Shown: piece by piece, positions 13,401-21,000 of the stretch
How positions within the stretch are numbered: position 1 is the first letter of the stretch
How the letters are laid out: the number at the start of each line of letters is the position of its first letter
Assembly: GCA_038228235.1 (NCBI GenBank)
Contig: JBBRPK010000012.1
Location: 4,868 to 68,867 of the forward strand
Reading direction: 5' to 3'
Length of the DNA: 64,000 nt
Source of the DNA: Verrucomicrobiota bacterium
GTDB lineage: Bacteria > Verrucomicrobiota > Verrucomicrobiia > Limisphaerales > JBBRPK01
Translations under genes and position numbers: made by a program
Notes under the pieces: model-generated
Told to the model about the DNA's origin: nothing
The model's database searches: none
Seen by the model: the letters and a program-made list of their open reading frames with translations, nothing else

Positions 13401-14398
13401 TGGATAATGGCGCGCCACCTTTGAGCGCTACCCAGAGCTTTACCATTTTTGTGACCGTGGGAAACCCCTGCGGCGGTTTCAAGGGCGACGTGTCGCCGCG
13501 GCCCGGCGGTAACGGCTCGTTGACTATTTCCGATTGGGTTCAGATCGGGCGCTTTGCCGCTGGTTTAGCTGATATTACGAACGCCTGCGAATTAATTAAG
13601 GCGGACTGCGCGCCAAAACCGTGTGGGAACGGCGTCGTCACTATTTCAGATTGGGTGCAAGCCGGACGTTATGCGGCGGGGCTGGACCCTATTGTGTCGA
13701 TCTCTGACTGTGGTTCTGCTGGGGCGCCGAAGCTCACCAACGGGTCTTCGGGCGCGGCCGATCGGACCCTCACAATCTCTAATATGGTGGTGGCGCATGG
13801 CCAGACAAATTGTTTGCAGATTTTCCTCAACTCGCAAGGGAATGAAAACGGGCTGGGTTGGAGCATCGGCTTTGATCCAACTCTGCTGACCTTTGTCTCT
13901 CTGTCGGTGGACAACTACGCCACCAACGCCGCGATTATTTTTCCGAACACGAACGGCGTTTCTGAAGGCCGGCTCGGTCTGGCATTCCTCCTTTCCCTCG
14001 ACGACACCTTCCCTGCCGGTTTGCAAGCCGTGGCGGACGTATGCTTCCGGGCCGCCGATGGCGTCGATGCGATTTCGACTTCTGTCACCATGGAGGACCA
14101 GCCAGTCATCCGTGATGTTTCTGACGCGGAGGGGATGAGTTTGTTCACGACCTATCAGAATGGGACTGTCAACATTGCGGCCGGTCTTTCGTTCCAGGCG
14201 ATCACAGTGATGGGGGGAGGCCAGGTGAAACTGACGTTAGCTGGTCCGCCAGGTGGCATATGCGATCTGCAAGGATCGCCAGATTTGGTGCACTGGGAAA
14301 GCATCGCGAGCATCACCAACACGACGGGAAAAATAGATTACCTGGACACACCCACCAACCCCATGAACCCGCGCTTTTATCGCGTGGTTCAGCCCTAA
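4448..14398 (+). CDS. Giant secreted protein A: 2x PA14, Ig-like, multiple lamin-tail domains, CotH kinase-like, cadherin-like, dockerin-like, cohesin-like, C-terminal RFYR domain
   Basis: ORF 4424..14398; first ATG at 4448, start uncertain. PA14 (PPITGTYVFWLAAD..YYIEALH), LTD (INEIMY..IELYN), CotH-like (NMD..QNAY..WD), duplicated TISDWVQxGRxAAGL, ends RFYRVVQP. Confidence 0.85.
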   Translation: MCNLNQKLRWLQKPFVFNSSLPFSPYAFLRSLGAGLRCRWSISLAATVILISLEADTLGQPSGVYHEVYTGLNGSSLQALTNQDSNFPDHPDLPPDILPYVFETPVNLGNHYGQRLRALLVPPITGTYVFWLAADQSGSLFLSSDESPFDKGQIAYLTNSVVYDVWYSRPTQQSTNVYLVAGRRYYIEALHVSYNGTTDFVSVGWKVPDGTLEQPIPAFRLAPFGMPAISPPALTRQPASLSVVENSPAIFGVGVSNLDVVSYQWQRNGTNLPGVLGGTCIIPLASTNDNGASFHCVVSNSFGPLTSADAVLTVTPDTTAPALFTVANLTFNTVQVLFTEPVEPASATNIANFAINNGVTISAATLGASPRAVNLTTSPLLTGSNYTLTVSNVRDQAAARNTITPNSQQSFIVLLKGIYRELFTGIPGNELFSLTNNAAFPNSPTSARLIPDLFEASNNNLDNYGERLRSRIIPPITGNYTFWLAAHATATLLLGTNESPASARTIASVTSATPVSSRQWDIQASQKSALIPLIAGQQYYIEALMKEGVSVSSPLDHLSARWQLPDGSLEEPIPAARLTPYGLNPPIIAAQPANTTIVEHGTATFAVAVSNLDSLNFQWQRNGANIIAATNAVYTTPLLQLADSGSTFQCLLWNAVGMTNTASVLLTVSPDVTPPAIGKVLNSSSNRVVVFFSEPVEAASATNVANYSIPTVTISAAVLNNNLAVTLTTTPLATATAYTLTVNSVRDTAATPNTIATNSQWTFLAGDFFPQDIGSPPLSGSISSGGNGVDVVASGSGSAGTNDQFNFSYQQRRGDFDVKVRLQRLDFVDPWTVAGLMAREDLSTNSRFASVLGTPSIAGTFFQSRTNAGVPSQISGSFPVNYPYTWLRLQRVGGTRFTGFASYDGQTWTQLGTATLPLPATIYLGFAVASQNPAQTTVAQFRDFSDVSGGTVGSLAVPIEPLGPSTRNSGLTFTEIMYHPAPRADGRNLEFIELFNSNPFFEDISGYRIGGDVDYTFPPGTILQGGAFLVIAHNPADIQAVYGISNVTGPYNKHLSKGAGNVSLFNPIGAIFLNVSYVNTFPWPLAADGAGHSLVLARASYGEGDVRAWSQSDSFGGSPGRGDGISWDPLRNVVINEFLANSALPDVDYIELYNHSTMPVDLSGCWLSDTPAFQKFRIPDGTVIGPTGFVYFAEADFNSTPGTSNSFALNSGGETIYLVNSNQTRVVDAVLFEGQEQGVSTGRVPDGATAWRRLAGKTPGAPNGPAHARSIVINELMYSSITGDDNDQYIELYNRSTNTVNLGNWQFSSGITFRFPTNTLLAPNGYLVVAKDAAQLLPKYSNLNPNNTLGNFGGKLHGGKRIALSMPAYNVKTNLGGLVTTNILYVPVDEVTFEKGGRWGTWSDGGGSSLELMDPDSDNRLAPNWADSDETAKGVWSTITYTGLLDNANTRAGGLWNALQVMLLEGPAECLVDNVSVIIAGGTNLVANRSFESGLDGWVFQGDHYNSTWANSGDASSHSLHVVASDRGEETANYIFTLLTSSYTTGVTGTITARVKWLRGWPEILFRLRGGHLEAAGPLTVPANLGTPGARNSRFVTNAGPAITAVVHSPVAPLANQPVVVTARVHDPDGIASVQLVYRVDPFGQPITAPMFDDGTGGDAVPGDGVYSATIPGQPTDTQVAFYIRAADFFAQPATTTFPSDAPTRECLVRFGDPQPILTYGTYRMWLTQTTLDKWLTEGDQSNDSYDVTFAYGNSRVIYNAAAHYGSSPAHRQFFDSPVGTNCSYKLILPRDELFLGDNGGRIEQPGNGGLDPSCLLEQIAYRVGDQLGLPYNYFRAMNFFINGVHRGICMADVTRESHGWDTTWYPNSDPGDLFKIGYWYDFEDDGKHYHDIAPSLLPVLTTNLVTHQAIKKLDPYRMWFRKRAVQDSANNYTNLFNLVDAVNTTATGDAYVAQVAPVIDFTEWARCWATERIDNNMDLYGNLQIYKGNKLGAQNAYIFKPAGDSWKFLLWDVQLSFAGTPVDPLFNFTDPPMSNLFSQPLMLRTYWQALEDAANGPLVPGNLFPWIDARHNAFQLAGIKTTSPDHFKNFLSVRRDYILSLLDGVRADIAITSNGGSDFTNATTLATLSGTAPISARTITFNGVAYPLSWSSITNWSIQLPLTGQTNQFVFQAFDARGNSISNATKSITIYFNGPVSRPEDSLVINEIMYNPAVSNASYVEIYNRSTNTTISLANYRLQGVAFDFPAGALINPLSFILVVEDPAAFQAAYGVNTRIVGTFGGNLDPAGEALTLIKRGLTTNDADVIIDKVKYEAAAPWPAQPALPNSGAALQLIDAAQDNARVSNWDDGSGWRFFSLTAQPGGTRLYLYLDGKGDVYIDDIRIVLGNVPAIGSNYVRNSDFEAPLNSVWSFLGSSGATTSVSTNTFAHSGSNSLHLIFSKAGSTSTCLYQDITSINTSSSYTLSFWYRSTTNANNLTVRVGGSSFSPVVNMHPLLATPGMPNSVAGTVTPYPLIWINEVQPNNFSGLQDNTGTPQPWLELFNNGSNTLTLDGYFLSKSYTNLNQWAFPTGTVILPGQFRIFFADGQPQLTTGAVLHTSFRLDPTNGSLVLSRGQQILDYINYANMTPDLSYGSWPDGQLFDRQVFYFVSPGAANNPAPVPVAINEWMASNSKTLLNPVTSAYDDWFELYNFGSATINLSGYFLTHNLTSQKKWSVIPNGVSIAPHSFLLCWAENGLNGTYFNGNALHTTFNLSKSGDQIGLFSPGGVPVDQIVFGLQTSDVSQGRYPDGNVGGVYYFMPTPTPQTNNIITNNIYAPVLASIPNYTINEGASLIFSAHATDADLPAQTLGYSLLPGSPEGATINPLTGSFGWTPSESQGGAAYPITVKVTDNGGPPLNDTKTFTITVNEVNSPPSIGSMANITVNPGTNLSIVIPVTDPDVPAQTLSCALLSGPAGASVDPIGLFNWTPSQAQASSTNLVVITVMDNGAPPLSATQSFTIFVTVGNPCGGFKGDVSPRPGGNGSLTISDWVQIGRFAAGLADITNACELIKADCAPKPCGNGVVTISDWVQAGRYAAGLDPIVSISDCGSAGAPKLTNGSSGAADRTLTISNMVVAHGQTNCLQIFLNSQGNENGLGWSIGFDPTLLTFVSLSVDNYATNAAIIFPNTNGVSEGRLGLAFLLSLDDTFPAGLQAVADVCFRAADGVDAISTSVTMEDQPVIRDVSDAEGMSLFTTYQNGTVNIAAGLSFQAITVMGGGQVKLTLAGPPGGICDLQGSPDLVHWESIASITNTTGKIDYLDTPTNPMNPRFYRVVQP

Positions 14399-14576
14399 TC
14401 ACGAACTGGAGGACCTCAACAAACTGACAAATAAAATCGAATCACGCAATACCTGTCCGGGAAACGGGCAGGGTCGGAATCAGCGCATGCCACGCATGGG
14501 ACATTTGCGGATGGCGCGCATCGTGCCTTTACAGATTTCGCCAGAAGGAAAGTGTGCGAATAGTTGAAGGATCAGA

Positions 14577-17500
14577 ATGAATCGGAATCAATGCATGGGA
14601 AAAATCATCCATAGGTCCATGGGGGCCACCTGCCTGCCATTAGGGATAGCGCTTGTCCTGGCTGGCCTGGTCTTTACCGCCCCCCAGGCGAGGGGCAGTT
14701 GTACCTATGCGATCACTCCGACCAGCCGGGTTCACGGTTATGGCGGCTCGACCGGCTTGGTCACGATCACAACCAGCAGCAATATTTGTTCCTGGACGGT
14801 TGTTAATACCAACTCATGGGTCACCATCGATTCACAGTCGAACGGCACAGGTGACGGCAGCATGGGTTACACCGTTGCTTCCAACCCCAGCCTTAACTCC
14901 AGATCCGGGGTGGTAATGGTTGCGGGGCAGGCTCTCTTTCTTTCCCAACTCGGCATCCCCTGCAATTTTTCCATCTCACCCGCCAGCCGCAATCACGGTT
15001 ACGGGGCGGCGACCAATACAGTGGCGCTGACGGCCAGCAGCAATCTGTGCGCCTGGACGATTACTAATTACAACAACTGGATATTTGTGACTTCGACAAA
15101 CAATGGGAAGGGAAGCGCCACTGTTAGCTACAGAATCACGCTCAATCCAAACGGTTTGGAGAGAACTGGCTTGGTCGGGATAGCCAACCAGGTTTTGAGC
15201 CTGATCCAAACCTCGGCCCCCTGCGCTTTTTCTATCTCGCCGGCCACTCGGCTTCATGGTTTCGGAGCCGAAACCGGCATGGTGAATGTGACCACGCTCA
15301 CCGGATGCGCGTGGAGCGCGATTAGCACGAACAGTTGGATAACCTTTCCCTCGCATGCCGATGGGACCAACAGCGGAAGTTTAAGCTACGCAGTTGCCGC
15401 TAATCTGAGTTCCACCAGCCGCACAGGTTTGATCAGCGTGGCCGGCCAGCTTTTCAGCGTGCGTCAGATTGGATCGACCTGCACCTTTCGCCTTTCGCCG
15501 ACTAATCGTGTCCATGGATATGGAGCTTCCACGGGCTTGGTAAGCACTATCGCCAGCAGCAACGTCTGCCCTTGGGTGGTCAACAACACGAATCCTTGGA
15601 TTCAGATCACGTCCAGCACCAGCGGCACAGGGACCGGGACCGTGAGCTATGCCGTAGAGGCCAACCCCAGTTCGCTGGAGAGAACGGGCCGGGTGATTAT
15701 CGCTAATCAGGTATTCACTCTCGCGCAGCGTGGGGCCCCTTGCACCTTTTCGATTTCCCCCGGCAGCCGTACCCACGGGCATGGCGCCAGTACCGGTCTT
15801 GTAAGCCTGACTACGAGCGAGGGGTGCGCTTGGTTGGCCGCCAATACCAATGGTTGGATTTCAATCAACTCGCCTGCCAACAATACGAATAGCGGAGTGG
15901 TGTCCTACACGGTGGCCGCCAACACCAATACCATTTCCCGGACCGGGCTGGTAGCCATAGCGGATCAAGTCCTCACTCTGATCCAATCGGGTGTTCCCTG
16001 CACATTTTCCATATCTCCGGTTAGCCGGACGCACGGTTCAGGAGCAGCTACCGGAATGGTGAGTGTGACGACGCCGGCGACATGCGCCTGGGCTGTGCTG
16101 AATACGAATAGTTGGATCACCTTAACCTCCCCAGGCAATGGCTCAGGCGACGGAAACATCGCCTACGCAGTGGCAGCCAACCCGGGTTTGACTGAGCGCA
16201 CAGGCTTGGTCATGATCGCCGATCAAACTTTTACCCTCGCGCAGCATGGGTCGGCCTGCACCTTTTCAATTTCTCCCACCAACCGTGCGCATGGATATGG
16301 CGCTTCGACCGGGTTGGTTAGTGTGACGGCCAGCAACGGCTGCCCTTGGGATGTGGCCAACACCAATGCTTGGATCACGATCACGGCGGGCAGTAATGGC
16401 ATAGGTAATGGGACCGTGAGTTACACCGTGGATGCTAACCCGAGCACTCTTGCTCGAACTGGCCAAGTCGTGGTTGTAGATCAAGTGTTGCTCTTGAGCC
16501 AGTCGGGGGCTCCTTGCGCATTTGCCATTTCGCCCGCCAGCCGCGCGCACGGTTCCGGAGGGGAGACGGGCCAGGTCAACGTGATCACCCCAAACGAATG
16601 CGCTTGGACAATGAGCACCACCAACCCGTGGATCACCATCACGTCCAGCCCGAATGGAATCGGCAGCGGGAGTGTGGGTTATGCATTAACGGCTAATCTC
16701 GGACCAAATATTCGGATCGGCGTGATCTTCCTTGGCGCCCAATCCTTTACCATCGAACAATTTGGAACAAATTGCGCCTATATCCTGTCGGTTACTAACC
16801 GGACACATGGGTATGGAGCCAGCACAGGATTGGTGAGTGTGACAGCACCGAGTAACTGCACGTGGCCTGTGATCAACACGAATAGTTGGATCACCATCAC
16901 TTCAGGAGCGAATGGGGTCGGCAGCGGAAACGTCACTTATGCGGTGGCCGCTAATCCCAGCTCCAGCGACCGGTCGGGCGCGGTGCTGATTGGGGACCAG
17001 TCCTTGACCTTAACCCAACGGGGATTTGTCTGCACCTATTCCCTTTCTCCCACTAATCGGTCGCACGGTTATGGGGCGACTACGGGGATGGTCAATCTGA
17101 CCACCAGCGGCAGCAATGTGTGCGCGTGGAGTGCCGTGACTACGAATAGTTGGATCACCATTACCTCGTCTGCCGACGGCACCGGCGATGCCACCATTTC
17201 CTATGCCGTGGCAGCCAATCCCAGCCTTAGCGCGCGAACGGGCGTGGTGATGATCGCCGACCAGCTTTTGACTCTGGCTCAGGCGGGGTTTGCTTGTAGT
17301 TTCAAGCTCTCACCCACTAATCGGACGCATGGGTTTGCGGCCGCTACTGGCAGCGTTAATGTGAGCACCAGCACAAACCTTTGCGCCTGGACCGTAAGCA
17401 ATACCAATGGTTGGATTACAATCCTTTCACCTGCGGTTGGCGCAGGCACGGGCATCGTGAACTACGCGGTGAGCGCCAACTTTGCTACTGTTTCACGCAC

Positions 17501-18002
17501 AGGCGTGGTCATGATTGGCGATCAATTGCTCACCTTAACCCAGCGAGGCATTACCAATGGTCTCTCGTTTACGGAAATATTCAAGCCAGCTCCGGGACAA
17601 CTAAAGTTAACGCTGGCAGGGGGGCCGGGTGGTGTTTGGGAATTGCAGGCCTCCTCGGATTTATTGACATGGCAGAACATCTCGAATCTCACTAACACGA
17701 CGGGCCGGATGGAATTTATCGACACCGTCTCAAACACCTCGACCCAACGTTTTTATCGCGCCGTGCAGCAACCGATGGTGGCCAAGGGCCTTTCCTTTAC
17801 GGGAGCTGCATTGCAAACGGCTGGCCTACTGAAATTGACTTTGGCCGGCGCACAGCACGGGGTGTGGGATTTGCAGGCTTCAGCGGATTTGCTCCATTGG
17901 CAGAGCCTCGCGAGTATTACCAATGCCACGGGCTCGGTAGAGTTCACCGACACGACTGCCACTAACTCCAATAAACGTTTTTACCGGGCGGTGCAGCCGT
18001 AA
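14577..18002 (+). CDS. Secreted protein B with 11 BACON-like Ig repeats and two tandem C-terminal RFYR domains
   Basis: Signal peptide (..APQARG). 11 units of ~86 aa: Cx(F/Y)xxSPxxRxHG..CxW..WI..NP..RTG..Q. Two copies of LKLTLAG..W.LQAS.DL..W..TN.TG..EF.D..RFYRAVQ. Confidence 0.88.
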   Translation: MNRNQCMGKIIHRSMGATCLPLGIALVLAGLVFTAPQARGSCTYAITPTSRVHGYGGSTGLVTITTSSNICSWTVVNTNSWVTIDSQSNGTGDGSMGYTVASNPSLNSRSGVVMVAGQALFLSQLGIPCNFSISPASRNHGYGAATNTVALTASSNLCAWTITNYNNWIFVTSTNNGKGSATVSYRITLNPNGLERTGLVGIANQVLSLIQTSAPCAFSISPATRLHGFGAETGMVNVTTLTGCAWSAISTNSWITFPSHADGTNSGSLSYAVAANLSSTSRTGLISVAGQLFSVRQIGSTCTFRLSPTNRVHGYGASTGLVSTIASSNVCPWVVNNTNPWIQITSSTSGTGTGTVSYAVEANPSSLERTGRVIIANQVFTLAQRGAPCTFSISPGSRTHGHGASTGLVSLTTSEGCAWLAANTNGWISINSPANNTNSGVVSYTVAANTNTISRTGLVAIADQVLTLIQSGVPCTFSISPVSRTHGSGAATGMVSVTTPATCAWAVLNTNSWITLTSPGNGSGDGNIAYAVAANPGLTERTGLVMIADQTFTLAQHGSACTFSISPTNRAHGYGASTGLVSVTASNGCPWDVANTNAWITITAGSNGIGNGTVSYTVDANPSTLARTGQVVVVDQVLLLSQSGAPCAFAISPASRAHGSGGETGQVNVITPNECAWTMSTTNPWITITSSPNGIGSGSVGYALTANLGPNIRIGVIFLGAQSFTIEQFGTNCAYILSVTNRTHGYGASTGLVSVTAPSNCTWPVINTNSWITITSGANGVGSGNVTYAVAANPSSSDRSGAVLIGDQSLTLTQRGFVCTYSLSPTNRSHGYGATTGMVNLTTSGSNVCAWSAVTTNSWITITSSADGTGDATISYAVAANPSLSARTGVVMIADQLLTLAQAGFACSFKLSPTNRTHGFAAATGSVNVSTSTNLCAWTVSNTNGWITILSPAVGAGTGIVNYAVSANFATVSRTGVVMIGDQLLTLTQRGITNGLSFTEIFKPAPGQLKLTLAGGPGGVWELQASSDLLTWQNISNLTNTTGRMEFIDTVSNTSTQRFYRAVQQPMVAKGLSFTGAALQTAGLLKLTLAGAQHGVWDLQASADLLHWQSLASITNATGSVEFTDTTATNSNKRFYRAVQP

Positions 18003-18009
18003 TTGCATC

Positions 18010-21000
18010 ATGCGTCCAAGGATGATAAAACCACTTAAACAAAAGCTCTGGGCAGTCTTGCTGCTTATGACGTTGTGGATGAGCTCCGCGAGCTATGCGG
18101 CGGAGCGGAGCGTGAGCGCAATGGACATGAGCGTTTCGCGGGGCCAAACGAACCGCTTATCGGTGGTGTTGGCGTCTCAAGGTGACGAGAACACTTTGAA
18201 TTTCAGCCTGTGCTACGATCCGAGCCTGCTCATCTTCATCGACGCGGTGCGGGGTAGCGATGCCACCAATGCTCAGGCCACTTTGAGCGTGGATAAAAAT
18301 CAAATTGGCAGCGGTCAGGTTGGCTTGGTCCTGGGATTGCCCTCCGGCCAAACCTTTGCTCCTGCAGGCTCAAAATCTATCGTGCAAGTGGTTTTCCAGG
18401 CAGCGACTGGCACCGACACCGTTTCCACCCCGGTTATGCTCTGCGATTCCCCCGTCGGACGGCAAGTGACCGGGGCCAGTTCCGCCCTGCTGAGCGCCAC
18501 CTATTCGGATGCGACAGTAACCATCCTGGGCACCTGCGCCTATTCATTGGCAACCAGCGGCGCCTCTTTCAGTCCGAGCAGTGGCACGGGAACCATTGGC
18601 ATCACAACCGATAACTGGTGCGACTGGAACGTGGTCAACACCAACAACTGGATTGCGCTTACCTCGGCAACCAATGGCACTGGTAACGGAAGCGTTGCTT
18701 ACAGTGTTTCGTCTAATACAACCCACTTGGCGCGGTCAGGAACTCTGGCCATAGCCGATCAGAGTTTCACCATCCGCCAGGATCCAGCCGACTGCACTTA
18801 CACGCTCGGATTCACCAGCGCGAACTACGGGGCAGGATCGCTCAGCGATACCGTGACCGTGGGCACACCGACGGGCTGCGTCGTGACTGCAGTCAGTGGG
18901 ACGAACTGGATAACGATCACATCTACCACCAACACCTCCCCCACAAACAGCATAGTCACTTACCATGTCCTGGCTAACCCAACACATCTGGCGCGGACAG
19001 GGACTGTGGCGATTGCCAATCAAACCCTGACGATCAGCCAAGCCCCCGCCAACTGCACTTACACGCTGGGGTTCAATACCACCAATTACGGATTTGCATC
19101 CATCAACGATGCAGTGAGCGCAGGCACGTTGACCGGTTGCGTGGTGACGGCAGTGAGCGGGACCAATTGGATCAGGATCAATTCCGTCACCAGCAACAGC
19201 CCCAACAGCAGCACGGTTGCTTACAGTGTCTCAGCCAATCCCACGCATTTGGCCCGCACAGGAACGGTGGCCATCGCCAATCAGACCTTGACCGTCAGCC
19301 AGGATCCGGCCCCCTGCGCCTATACGCTCGGATTCAACAGCGCGACCTATGGACCTGCGAGCGTCAACGACACAGTGAACGTGGGCACGCTGACAGGATG
19401 TGTCGTGAGCGCCGTCAGTGGCACTAACTGGATAACAATCACTTCCACCACCAGCACCTCAGCGACGAACAGCACCGTCGGATACAGTGTTTCAGCCAAT
19501 CCCACGCATTTGGCGCGGACGGGGGCTGTGGCCATCGCCAATCAGGTTTTGACCATTAGCCAGGACCCGGCCAATTGCACATACACCCTTGGCTTCAGCA
19601 GCACCAACTATGGATCGGCGGGCATCAGTGACACCGTGAGTGTGGGAACCCTGACGGGTTGCGTGGTGACGGCGGTAAGCGGGACCAATTGGATCACGAT
19701 CAATTCCATCACGAGCAACAGCCCCAACGGCAGCACCGTCGGATTCAGTGTTTCAGCCAATCCCACGCATTTGGGGCGGACGGGGACTGTGGCCATCGCC
19801 AATCAGGTGTTGACCATCAGCCAGGACCCGGCCAATTGCACCTACACTCTTGGATTCAACAGCACCAACTATGGATCTGCGGGGATTAGTGATACCGTGA
19901 ATGTGGGCACGTTGACGGGATGTGTAGTGACCGCAGTCAGCGGGACGAACTGGATCAAGATCACTTCCACGACGAGCAACACCCCCAACAGCAGCACCGT
20001 CGGTTACAGTGTCTCGGCCAATCCCACGCATCTGGCGCGCACCGGAACTGTGGCCGTTGCCAATCAGGTTTTGACCATCAGCCAGGACCCGGCCAATTGC
20101 ACATACACCCTTGGATTCAACAGCGTGGATTATGGACCTGGATCCATCACGGATACCGTGAGTGTGGGGACGCTAACCGGGTGCGTGGTGACGGCGGTGA
20201 GCGGGACCAATTGGATCACGATTACCTCCACGACGAGCAACAACCCGACGAACAGCACCCTGAGTTACAGCGTCTCGGCCAATCCCACGCATTTGGCGCG
20301 GACAGGGACTGTGGCCATCGCCAATCAGATTTTGACCATCAGCCAGCACCCGGCCAATTGCATCTACACCCTTGGATTCAACAACACCAACTATGGGTCG
20401 AGTGCCGTCACTGACACCGTGAGTGTGGGGACGCTGACCGGGTGCGTGGTAACGGCGGTGAGCGGGACCAATTGGATCACGATCAATTCCATCACGAGCA
20501 ACAACCCGAACAGCAGCACCGTCGGTTACGGTGTCTCGGCCAATCCCACGCATCTGGCGCGCACCGGAACGGTAGCCATCGCCAATCAGATTTTGACCAT
20601 CAGCCAGGACCCGGCCAATTGCGCATACACATTGGGATTCAACAGCGCCAACTATGGATCGGCAGCCGTCAGTGACACCGTGAGTGTGGGAACCTTGACC
20701 GGATGTGTTGTGAGCGCCCTCAGCGGGACCAATTGGATCACGATCACTTCCACGACCAGCACCTCAGCGACTAACGGCACGGTCGGATACAGTGTTTCGG
20801 CCAATCCCACGCATTTGGCGCGGACAGGGACGGTGGCCGTCGCCAATCAGATTTTGACCATTAGCCAGGACCCGGCCAATTGCGCATACACATTGGGGTT
20901 CAACAGTGTGGATTACGGAGCTGGGTCCATCAGCGACACCGTGAGTGTGGGAACATTGACTGGGTGCGTGGTGACGGCAGTGAGCGGGACCAATTGGATC

